Source of the DNA: Eubacteriales bacterium
Lineage (GTDB): Bacteria > Bacillota > Clostridia > Christensenellales > Aristaeellaceae
Assembly: GCA_034180455.1 (NCBI GenBank)
Contig: JAXFOG010000033.1
Coordinates: 5,140-69,139 of the forward strand
Direction: 5' to 3'
DNA length: 64,000 nt
Of the stretch, positions 56,169 through 64,000 are shown piece by piece (position 1 is the stretch's first letter; the number at the start of each line of letters is the position of its first letter). The notes below the pieces were generated by a model that was not told the origin of the DNA, did no database searches, and was given only the letters and a program-made list of their open reading frames with translations. Position numbers and translations under genes: made by a program.

Positions 56169-57312
56169 CATTACTATTACTTGTGTTACTTGTGTCAATT
56201 TTTGGTAGATTGATAAACTCAGCTGCTTGTCTTCTATGCTCATCACTCATTGCTGCATAGTGTTTTCTTGTTGTATTTACGTCTGAGTGACCCAAGGCAT
56301 CTGCTACAAGATATATATCTCCAGTATTCTGATATAAATTAGTTGCATACGTACTTCTTAATTTATGAGGGCTTAAACGTTTTTTTAAAGGAGCAGCTAA
56401 TGTTGCATATTTTTTTACTAAATTTTGCACAGCTCTTGCTGATATTCTTTTTCTTTGTAAAGAAAGAAATAGAGCATTCTCATGTCCATCTTGAATATCT
56501 AAATTGCTTCTTAATTCTATATAATCGCTTAAAGCTTTGGCTACTTGATCAGGAAAATAAAGTATCTCACTATTTCCACCTTTTCTTGTAATTAAAACAG
56601 CGTTGATATTTAGATCAAGATCATCAAGATTAATTCCAATTAATTCGCTTATTCTCATTCCTGTGCCTAAAAATAGCATTACTATAGCATAATCTCTTAT
56701 GCTGTTAATTTTATTGAAATCCTTTTGTTTATCAGAAAGGCCAGTTCCATTTAGAATTATATCCATCATTGTCTCGACTTCACTGTTTTCCATATATAAA
56801 ATTGGTTTGCTTGGCAATTTAGGAAGAGGCACAAGTTCAGCAGTATTACCAGGAATTCTTCCCATTCTGAATAAATACCCAAAAAGTGATCTTAATGAGG
56901 AAAGTTTTCTCATGATTCCACTTTCTTTATTTTTATATTTTTTCGACACATCTTTAGAAATATCATCATCCTTATAATAAAGCTTTAAATAATCAATATA
57001 TATATCAAACTCTTTTGCAGTGAAAGATGCGATGTCATCATCAGAAAATTCATATGTTTTCTTTTGTGAAAATCGTGGTATTTCTTTACAAGCAAAATCA
57101 AAAAAAATCTCATAGTCCATAGCATATGCAATTCTCGTCAAATCACTTGTTGTAGTTGAGATGCTTCTTATATAATCTTGACATGCTGATGGAAGATTTT
57201 TTATTATTTTTTGCAGTTTAAGCATACGTGTTTCTTGTAGTTTTTCAGTATATTTTTCTTCTTTCATTATCAATATGTCACTAACTATTCGTAAAAGTAT
57301 TCTTTTGCGCAT
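56164..57312 (-). CDS. Tyrosine recombinase (phage-integrase / Xer family), catalytic residues intact
   Basis: 382 aa (start uncertain; no good SD for ATG 57312 or ATG 57267). N-terminal SAM-like core-binding domain. Catalytic MRISEL (R), HKLRSTYAT (H-x-x-R), LGHSD (H), RKHY (Y). Confidence 0.85.
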   Translation of the reverse strand: MRKRILLRIVSDILIMKEEKYTEKLQETRMLKLQKIIKNLPSACQDYIRSISTTTSDLTRIAYAMDYEIFFDFACKEIPRFSQKKTYEFSDDDIASFTAKEFDIYIDYLKLYYKDDDISKDVSKKYKNKESGIMRKLSSLRSLFGYLFRMGRIPGNTAELVPLPKLPSKPILYMENSEVETMMDIILNGTGLSDKQKDFNKINSIRDYAIVMLFLGTGMRISELIGINLDDLDLNINAVLITRKGGNSEILYFPDQVAKALSDYIELRSNLDIQDGHENALFLSLQRKRISARAVQNLVKKYATLAAPLKKRLSPHKLRSTYATNLYQNTGDIYLVADALGHSDVNTTRKHYAAMSDEHRRQAAEFINLPKIDTSNTSNSNE

Positions 57313-57339
57313 AGTTGTATGAATGTATCCCCTTTCTTT

Positions 57340-57795
57340 TTATGAATATATATCGTTTTCCAAATACTTACTGAGTTCGATTTTTGCATTTTTTAAACAA
57401 TCTAAATAATTTTTATCATCGATATTTACTTTTCTAAATTTTACTTTATGTTTTTTTGCCTTGATCTGAATAAGTAACATTCTCCAAATATCTTCGTTTT
57501 GGACCAGTCCCCCATTTTTTAGTTTCCAATTATCTTGCTTCCATTTTATTATATCTCCATTATTAATGGAATTAAAGACATAATCAGAATTAAAGTATAT
57601 TACTACTTCACAAGGCTCTTTTAACTGTCCAACACTAGAGATTATTGAAATTAGGTTCAATCTATCTAAATTTGTTTTTGGAAAACTTCCTTGAATATAT
57701 TTTTTTGCATCTCCACATATCAAAACGGCAGCCCATGATCCTGGGCTGTCAATCTCATCACATATAGCTGAACAATAAATATTTACGAACTTCAA
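57340..57795 (-). CDS. RNase HI-fold protein with apparently degenerate active site
   Basis: 151 codons open in AT-rich DNA. TTG start one nt after the rnfB stop (TAA-A-TTG). By-eye alignment to E. coli RNase HI: SPGSWAAVL ~ GPGGYGAIL; KTNLDRLNLISI ~ TTNNRMELMAAI; PCEVVIYFNSDYV ~ HCEVILSTDSQYV; W..DNWKLKNGGLVQNEDIW ~ W..RGWKTADKKPVKNVDLW. Confidence 0.55.
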   Translation of the reverse strand: MKFVNIYCSAICDEIDSPGSWAAVLICGDAKKYIQGSFPKTNLDRLNLISIISSVGQLKEPCEVVIYFNSDYVFNSINNGDIIKWKQDNWKLKNGGLVQNEDIWRMLLIQIKAKKHKVKFRKVNIDDKNYLDCLKNAKIELSKYLENDIYS

Positions 57796-57796
57796 T

Positions 57797-58648
57797 TTAA
57801 TTTATCTCTGGCTGCTGAGGTGCCTTATAGTATTCCGGATTTGCAAATTCAAAATTTGGATGTATTGATTTTGTAGGACAAACTCTTGCACATTCCATAC
57901 AACCAACACATATATCATTATCAATAATTGGTAAATCATTTACCATTTTTATTGACCCAAATTTACAAGCTCTAAAACAAGCTCCGCATCCTATGCAACC
58001 TATACTGCATATTGATCTAACTAGTTTACCTTTGTTTAAGTTCATACATAATACACGTACAGGTAAATTTACTGGCTGGAGTTGGATTAGTTTCTTTGGA
58101 CAAGCTAAAACACATTGTCCACATGCAGTGCATTTTTCCTCATCTACTTCAGGTAATCTTGTATCTGAATTTATATGTATAGCATCGAATTGACATGCTT
58201 TAACGCATGATCCAAGTCCTAAGCAACCGTATTCGCATTTCTTATGGCCTCCAGAAACAAACTGCGCTGCTCTGCAATCTTCTATATCGATATAATCGAA
58301 CTTATTTCCACATTTATCGCATGAGCCTTGACATCTTACTCTTGCTGTAAGTTTCACATCATCATGCTTGGCTTCAATACCCATAATTTTTGAAACTTTT
58401 TCAACTAATGCAGTACCACCAACTGGACATGCATTAACAGGTGCCAACCCCTCATAGATTGCTTCTGCACAAGCATCACAGCCAGGATAACCACATCCAC
58501 CACAATTTGCACCAGGCATTGCTGATTTAAGTTCAACTAATTTTTTATCTACAGGAACATGAAAAACCTTATTAACAATTGTTAATCCAATTCCAAATAT
58601 AAGTCCTAATCCACCAAGTACTATAGCCGCTACAACCAATTCATTCAT
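57797..58648 (-). CDS. rnfB: Rnf complex subunit B (polyferredoxin)
   Basis: 283 aa. N-terminal TM helix, CGGCGYPGCDACAEAI cluster, then several CxxCxxCxxxCP 4Fe-4S motifs. Confidence 0.9.
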   Translation of the reverse strand: MNELVVAAIVLGGLGLIFGIGLTIVNKVFHVPVDKKLVELKSAMPGANCGGCGYPGCDACAEAIYEGLAPVNACPVGGTALVEKVSKIMGIEAKHDDVKLTARVRCQGSCDKCGNKFDYIDIEDCRAAQFVSGGHKKCEYGCLGLGSCVKACQFDAIHINSDTRLPEVDEEKCTACGQCVLACPKKLIQLQPVNLPVRVLCMNLNKGKLVRSICSIGCIGCGACFRACKFGSIKMVNDLPIIDNDICVGCMECARVCPTKSIHPNFEFANPEYYKAPQQPEIN

Positions 58649-58660
58649 AAGACGCTCCGT

Positions 58661-59239
58661 TTATTTTATTAACCCACTAAAACCTTGGAATGCTATTGAC
58701 ATTAATCCAGCCGAAATTAACACACCAGGAAAACCCTTCATATAGCTAGGTAAATTCTTCTTTTCAAGTCTTTCTCTTATACCAGCAAAAAGTACAATTG
58801 CTAAAGTAAAACCAAGAGCAGAACCTATACCATTAAATACACTTTCAATAAGGTTATATTCTTTTTTTAGATTTAAAAGAGTTACTCCCAGTACAGCACA
58901 GTTTGTAGTTATTAAAGGAAGATATACTCCCAATGCCTTATAAAGTGAATAACTTATTTTCTTTAGAACAATTTCTACAATCTGTACAAGCCCTGCAATT
59001 ACAAGTATAAAAGCAATTGTTTGAAGATAAACTAGATCAAATGGTATAAGGAGATAATTCTGGATAATATATGTAATTAGAGATGCCAAAGCCATTACAA
59101 AAGTAACAGCCATACCCATTCCAAATGCAGTACTTGAACTTTTAGAAACTCCTAAAAAAGGACAAATTCCCAAAAATTGTTGCATTAGATAGTTATTAAC
59201 AAGTACACCAGAAATAATAATCATTATATAATTACTCAT
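58661..59239 (-). CDS. rnfA: Rnf complex subunit A
   Basis: 192 aa, 6 TM helices. FLGICPFLGVS and NCAVLGV motifs. ATGA overlap with rnfE. Confidence 0.92.
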   Translation of the reverse strand: MSNYIMIIISGVLVNNYLMQQFLGICPFLGVSKSSSTAFGMGMAVTFVMALASLITYIIQNYLLIPFDLVYLQTIAFILVIAGLVQIVEIVLKKISYSLYKALGVYLPLITTNCAVLGVTLLNLKKEYNLIESVFNGIGSALGFTLAIVLFAGIRERLEKKNLPSYMKGFPGVLISAGLMSIAFQGFSGLIK

Positions 59240-59871
59240 TCTTTTACCTCCCTAGTAGATTTTGAGGAAGAGATTTTCTTTGAAATAAAATTAACAAGTA
59301 ATGCAAGTAATCCTAAAGACAAGAAGCCACCTGGTGGTTGTGCAATAATTCTTATTGGTTCCATTCCTTGAGGTAAAACATTCATTCCAAAGAAGGTTCC
59401 ATTTCCTAATATTTCTCTGAAACTAGCTAAAAAAGTAATAGACAATGTAAATCCAAGGCCCATTCCTAAGCCATCTATAAGAGAAAAAATAGGGCCGTTA
59501 TAAAAAGCAAATGATTCAGCTCTTGCAAAAATTATACAGTTTACAACAATAAGAGGAATAAATATTCCTAATGAAGCATCTAGGTCTGGTAAATATGCCT
59601 TTATAAGCATCTGTACAATAGATACAAAAGTAGCAATAACAATGACAAAACAAGGAATGCGTACTTTATTTGGTATAATTTTTCTAAGAAGAGAAATAAC
59701 AAGGTTTGATCCCATTAGAACAAAAGTTGCAGCTAGACCCATGCCTATTCCTTGCGAAGCAGCTGTTGTGATAGCTAGCGTTGGACACATTCCTAGCATT
59801 AGTCTAAATGTCGGGTTTTCGTCTAAAATACCATTTTTAAATATTTTGATAATTGAATTACTATTATCCAT
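59236..59871 (-). CDS. rnfE: Rnf complex subunit E
   Basis: 211 aa from ATG 59871 (GGGGAGG SD inside the rnfD 3' end). ENPTFRLMLGMCPTLAITT and VNCIIF motifs. Confidence 0.92.
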   Translation of the reverse strand: MDNSNSIIKIFKNGILDENPTFRLMLGMCPTLAITTAASQGIGMGLAATFVLMGSNLVISLLRKIIPNKVRIPCFVIVIATFVSIVQMLIKAYLPDLDASLGIFIPLIVVNCIIFARAESFAFYNGPIFSLIDGLGMGLGFTLSITFLASFREILGNGTFFGMNVLPQGMEPIRIIAQPPGGFLSLGLLALLVNFISKKISSSKSTREVKE

Positions 59872-59872
59872 A

Positions 59873-60841
59873 TTATGCCTCCCCAAAACTTCTTGGAAGA
59901 GTATATTTGTCAATAAGAGGAGTTGCTACGTTCATAAATAATATTGCAAAAGATGTTCCTTCTGGATAATTACCGTAGGCTCTAATGACAAAAACAATAA
60001 TTCCACAACCTATACCCATTATTACTCTTCCTAATTTATGTATTGGACTTGTTACATAATCAGTAGCCATAAAAAATGCGCCTAATAAGAGTCCCCCACC
60101 TAATACCTGTGATAAAGCATTTTCAATACCACTTTCAACAGAATATACAGTACCAGTTTTTATTAGGTACATTAAAAATACAGTTGCAATCATATAAACT
60201 GGTATTCTCCAGTCTATGACTTTTTTATAAATAAGGTATAGACCACCAATTAAAATAGCAAGTTTTGAAGTTTCGCCCTCCATTCCTGGAATGTTGCCAA
60301 TAAACATATCAAATAACGAAAAGTTTTTAATACCTGCTAATGGCGTAGCAACAGAAACAAAATCAACATCAGAACCCATTCCATTTAAGAAATTAAAAAT
60401 ATCTGGTGAAATTCTTGATGACATCAATGCTGTCCAAGAAATAAACATAATTGTTCGCGCAACAAGTGCTGGGTTCATAAAGTTCTGACCAATACCACCA
60501 AAAAGCTGTTTAACAAGTATAATTGCAATAAATGATCCAAATATAGGCATCCAATAAGGAGCACTGGAGGGAAGATTAAGACCAATAAGTATACCTGTAA
60601 CAACAGCACTAAAATCGTTAATTGTAGTTTTAGTTTTTGAAAGAACTTGGAATAAGTATTCAAATAGAACAGAACTAATTATTGCAAGTAATATAAGAAT
60701 TAAAGCTCTAATCCCAAATATAATTCCAGCGGCGACAATTGATGGACATAGGGCCAAGCAAACATCAATCATCAAAGATTTTGTTGTAACAGTTCTGTCC
60801 CTTAAAAAAGGAGATGCAGATACTATAAATTTATTTTCCAT
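59873..60841 (-). CDS. rnfD: Rnf complex subunit D
   Basis: 322 aa polytopic membrane protein (NQR2/RnfD family). SPF at the N-terminus, a flavinylation-type D-F-V-S-V-A-T-P segment, and a C-terminal NVATPLIDKYTLPRSFG. Confidence 0.92.
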   Translation of the reverse strand: MENKFIVSASPFLRDRTVTTKSLMIDVCLALCPSIVAAGIIFGIRALILILLAIISSVLFEYLFQVLSKTKTTINDFSAVVTGILIGLNLPSSAPYWMPIFGSFIAIILVKQLFGGIGQNFMNPALVARTIMFISWTALMSSRISPDIFNFLNGMGSDVDFVSVATPLAGIKNFSLFDMFIGNIPGMEGETSKLAILIGGLYLIYKKVIDWRIPVYMIATVFLMYLIKTGTVYSVESGIENALSQVLGGGLLLGAFFMATDYVTSPIHKLGRVIMGIGCGIIVFVIRAYGNYPEGTSFAILFMNVATPLIDKYTLPRSFGEA

Positions 60842-60846
60842 ATTGT

Positions 60847-62181
60847 TTATTTTTTATCTCCTTCTCTTCTTTTTATGTTTTCACGAACTAAATATTTACT
60901 CGATTTACAACTTTGTGTAAGCTTTCTTTTGGCAGGACAAACATAACTGCAAACACCACATTCAATACAATTCATGACATTGAAAGATTCATTTTCTGTT
61001 CCCCTACCAATCCTTACATTTCTATCAATGTCGCTTGGAGACAACAGCATTGGACAAGCATAACTACATCTGCCACAGTGAATACAAGGAGTTTCTTCTA
61101 AATTATTATCAGTTGTTTCAAGAGCAACAATTCCAGAGCATCCTTTTAATATTGGAGTATCTATAGAAGAAATTGCAGATCCCATCATAGGCCCTCCATA
61201 AATAACCATTTCAGTGTCTTGGGAAAGGCCATCACATGTATCAATTATATCAGAAATTAATGTGCCAACCGGTACTCGTAAATTTTTTGGGGTATTTACA
61301 CTTCCAGCAACCGTTATAACCCTATCAATTAAAGGTTTTCCTTTTCTTATTGCTTCACTTATTGCAAAACAAGTAGATACATTTAATACACAAACTCCAA
61401 CATGCAGAGGAAGCTTACCCATTGGAACTTTTCTTCTTGTACAAGCATATATTAGTTGTTTTTCTCCACCTTCAGGATAAATTGTTTTTAATTCTTTTAC
61501 TGATATATCCTTATATTGGCTAGTTTCTTTAACAAACAACTTAATCGCATCTTTTTTATTATCTTCTATGCCAATTACAACATGCTTTGCATTTAATTTA
61601 TTTTTAACTAGCAAAATGCCATCAATTATAGTTTTATATTCTTGAAGCATTAAGCAATGATCTGAGCTAAGATATGGCTCACATTCTGAACCATTTATTA
61701 CCAAAGTATCTATTGGCTCCTTAGAAAGAAGTTTAACATGTGTAGGAAATGCAGCGCCACCTAGTCCAACAATGCCTGCGTTTTTTACTGCATTTACAAA
61801 ATCTTCTAAGCTAATATCGTTTATATTTTCAATAGGATGAAAATCTGTAGATTCATCAGTCATGTCATTTTCTATGGTAACAGCAATCGCATATATTCCA
61901 TTTGGCATTAATTGCTTTTCAACGCTTACAACTTTACCAGAAATACTTGCATGTACGTTTGCAGAAACAAAACCAGTAGATTCGCCTATAAGTTGTCCTT
62001 TAGAAATGGTGTCACCTTTTTTTACAAGGCATCTACTTGGGGACCCAAGATGTTGCGACATAGAAATTACAACCTTTTTAGGCTGTAAAAAATTAACAAT
62101 TGGGTTCTTTGAAGTTACTGATTTACCATTTCTGTATTCGCTTGGATGAACTCCTCCAGGAAACAATTTTTTAAAAAACAA
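60847..62181 (-). CDS. rnfC: Rnf complex subunit C
   Basis: 444 aa. FPGGVHP N-terminus, GLGGAAFPT nucleotide-binding region, two CxxCGxCxxxCP ferredoxin motifs. TTG start at 62181 with GGAGG 6 nt upstream. Confidence 0.92.
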   Translation of the reverse strand: MFFKKLFPGGVHPSEYRNGKSVTSKNPIVNFLQPKKVVISMSQHLGSPSRCLVKKGDTISKGQLIGESTGFVSANVHASISGKVVSVEKQLMPNGIYAIAVTIENDMTDESTDFHPIENINDISLEDFVNAVKNAGIVGLGGAAFPTHVKLLSKEPIDTLVINGSECEPYLSSDHCLMLQEYKTIIDGILLVKNKLNAKHVVIGIEDNKKDAIKLFVKETSQYKDISVKELKTIYPEGGEKQLIYACTRRKVPMGKLPLHVGVCVLNVSTCFAISEAIRKGKPLIDRVITVAGSVNTPKNLRVPVGTLISDIIDTCDGLSQDTEMVIYGGPMMGSAISSIDTPILKGCSGIVALETTDNNLEETPCIHCGRCSYACPMLLSPSDIDRNVRIGRGTENESFNVMNCIECGVCSYVCPAKRKLTQSCKSSKYLVRENIKRREGDKK

Positions 62182-62251
62182 ACCAATTCCTCCACAACAT
62201 AAAAATTTATGTATATATTATAGAGTCTTTATTCGGTAAAATCAATCATAG

Positions 62252-63484
62252 TTATTTTATTAACTGTATTAGTAAGTTTTTCAAGGCAAATATACCATGT
62301 TCTAGTGTTAGTCCACCTTGAAAATATACTGTGTATGGTTTTCTTATAGGTGCATCAGCACTTAGCTCAATAGAAGATCCAGAAACAAAAGACCCAGAGG
62401 CCATTATAATCTTGTTATCATATCCAGGCATATCCCATGGCTCAGGAATTGCGTACGAATCTATTGGCGATGATGATTGAATAATTTGACAAAATTTAAT
62501 AATCATGTTTTCGTCATCAAACTGTATTGCTTGCACTATATCACTTCTATCAGTAGTATTGTCTGGGAACACCCTATACCCCATATTTGAAAATACTTCA
62601 GAAAATAACATAGCAATTTTTAATGATTGAGCTACTACATGAGGAGCTAAAAAGAGTCCCTCATAAAATAATCTGTATGATGCCTCATATGATCCTAATT
62701 CTTTGCCCAAACCAGGAGCAGTAAGATGTGCAGCAATCAAGTCTATATATTTTTGTTTTCCACTAATATATCCACCTGTTGGAGCTAATCCAGCTCCTAA
62801 GTTTTTAATTAGGCTTCCAACAATTATATCAGCACCATAATCACTCGGTTCATCAATACAAACAAATTCTCCATAGCAATTATCAACCATAACTATTATA
62901 TTTTTATCGAGTTTCTTAATTGTTGTGATAAAATCCGACATTTGACTTGGTAAAATTGAACTACGGCTTGAATATCCTTTGCTTCTTTGAATCATTATTA
63001 GCTTAGTATTTTCATCTATAGCATTAACAACTCCATCAATATCTATTTCACAGTTATTTATTAACTCAACTTGTTTATAATTAATACCTAAATTTTTTAA
63101 AGAGACTGGCTCATTTCCAGCAATACCAATAACAGTCTGAAGTGTATCGTATGGAGCTCCCGTTGCACTGATACAATTGTCCCCATATCTTAATAATCCA
63201 AACAAACAAAGGCTAAGTGCATGAGTACCTGAGGCAATTTGCGGTCTTACAATAGAACTTTCAGTATGCATAATATCGGAAAACAAGGTTTCAAGTGTAT
63301 CCCTCCCGATATCGTCATATCCGTAACCATTGCTTGGTGCAAAATGTCTCGAACCAATATTGTTTTTTGAAAAAGCATTTAATACTTTTTCAGTATTATA
63401 TTGAGAAATCTTATCTATTTCATTAAATTTATCTGTTAATCTTGATAATGCATCATTTATAATTTTTTCAGCTCTATTTATCAT
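62252..63484 (-). CDS. PLP-dependent Met-gamma-lyase-family protein (aluminium-resistance / YnbB-like)
   Basis: 410 aa. SNGYGYDDIGRDTLE..F......E..IVRPQIASGTHAL is characteristic of the YnbB family. It lies downstream of miaA, as in other Firmicutes. Confidence 0.8.
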   Translation of the reverse strand: MINRAEKIINDALSRLTDKFNEIDKISQYNTEKVLNAFSKNNIGSRHFAPSNGYGYDDIGRDTLETLFSDIMHTESSIVRPQIASGTHALSLCLFGLLRYGDNCISATGAPYDTLQTVIGIAGNEPVSLKNLGINYKQVELINNCEIDIDGVVNAIDENTKLIMIQRSKGYSSRSSILPSQMSDFITTIKKLDKNIIVMVDNCYGEFVCIDEPSDYGADIIVGSLIKNLGAGLAPTGGYISGKQKYIDLIAAHLTAPGLGKELGSYEASYRLFYEGLFLAPHVVAQSLKIAMLFSEVFSNMGYRVFPDNTTDRSDIVQAIQFDDENMIIKFCQIIQSSSPIDSYAIPEPWDMPGYDNKIIMASGSFVSGSSIELSADAPIRKPYTVYFQGGLTLEHGIFALKNLLIQLIK

Positions 63485-64000
63485 AATATATCTTGTCCTT
63501 AATATTTGAATTATTTATTATTTTTAATGCTTCGGATAAAATATCATTTATCTTATCTGTATACAACCAATTTATTGAGTTAAATGAATTAAAAAAAGTA
63601 ATTTGCCTTTTTGCATATCGCCTTGAATTTTGTTTAATTTTATCAATACTTTCATTTAAGCTAATATTTCCATTGAAATAGTCTATAAGTTCTTTATACC
63701 CTATTCCTTGCATTGCTTGATTGCTTTGATTAAGTCCATTATCCAAAAGTCCTTTTACCTCGGAAATTAAGCCATTATCAATCATTGTATCTACACGATT
63801 ATTGATATCTTCATATAAAAGTTTTCTGTCTTTATTTAATCCAATTAAACAATAATCATATATGTCCTCATTAAAATCTTTTTGCTCAGACATAGGAATA
63901 CCATCTTTTTTATATATTTCAAGCGCCCTTATAACTCTGCGTGTATTATTATAATGAAGTTTAGATGCTGACTTAGGATCAACTTTATATAGCATTTCTA
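63474..64000 (-). CDS. miaA: tRNA dimethylallyltransferase (C-terminal part; N-terminus beyond the window end)
   Basis: VDPKSASKLHYNNTRRVIRALEIYKKDGIPMSE, GIGYKEL and RYAKRQITFF match the C-terminal half of MiaA. The frame stays open to position 64000. Confidence 0.85.
   Translation of the reverse strand, partial: EMLYKVDPKSASKLHYNNTRRVIRALEIYKKDGIPMSEQKDFNEDIYDYCLIGLNKDRKLLYEDINNRVDTMIDNGLISEVKGLLDNGLNQSNQAMQGIGYKELIDYFNGNISLNESIDKIKQNSRRYAKRQITFFNSFNSINWLYTDKINDILSEALKIINNSNIKDKIYYDK

Noticed and set aside
56164-57312. Tyrosine recombinase as a marker of a prophage, ICE or genomic island
   Set aside because: No phage, conjugation or cargo genes, att-like direct repeats or tRNA are adjacent. 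Both flanks are core operons (rsmH-rsmI and rnf). It is kept as a finding only for its odd coupling to rnfB and the RNase H-like ORF.

Overview
This is a very AT-rich (roughly 30% GC by eye), gene-dense window from a strictly anaerobic low-GC Firmicute, Clostridia-like, probably with a compacted genome. About 63 protein genes cover nearly the whole window. Many stop/start overlaps and several convergent genes overlap at their 3' ends.

The content is overwhelmingly core housekeeping:
- Glycolysis and fermentation: fba, pta-ackA.
- Isoprenoid synthesis: ispE.
- Translation: EF-G paralogue, rplS-rpmB, yceD-rpmF, valS, hpf, tRNA-Thr(GGU).
- rRNA/tRNA modification: rluD, rsmF-like, rsmH, rsmI, miaA.
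- DNA metabolism: ogg, parE/parC-like topoisomerase, recN, ligA, pcrA, recD2.
- Envelope: lspA, class A PBP, GT4, GT2-GtrA.
- Signalling and regulation: c-di-AMP genes cdaA-cdaR, nadK-argR.
- Thiamine salvage: TPP riboswitch-thiT, thiN.
- Oxygen detoxification: fprA-dfx-rubredoxin, rubrerythrin.
- Two ion-motive machines: a biotin-dependent Na+-decarboxylase cluster and an Rnf complex.

I recognise three RNA regulatory elements or RNA genes. They are a TPP riboswitch, a Val T-box leader and one tRNA. I see no rRNA, CRISPR array, transposase, prophage or recognisable defence system.

I do not see a self-evident novel multi-gene system. The observations most worth a second look are:
1. The Rnf operon is rnfC-D-E-A-B, with no rnfG in its usual slot.
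2. An RNase HI-fold ORF with apparently degenerate catalytic residues, plus an intact 382-aa tyrosine recombinase, follow directly after rnfB.
3. A decarboxylase cluster in mmdA-D-C-B order carries an extra 5S-type carboxyltransferase. It runs without a terminator into fprA-dfx-rubredoxin, giving an apparent 8-gene operon.
4. rph and rdgB are fused in frame.

All protein calls come from reading the supplied translations by eye. No database search was run.
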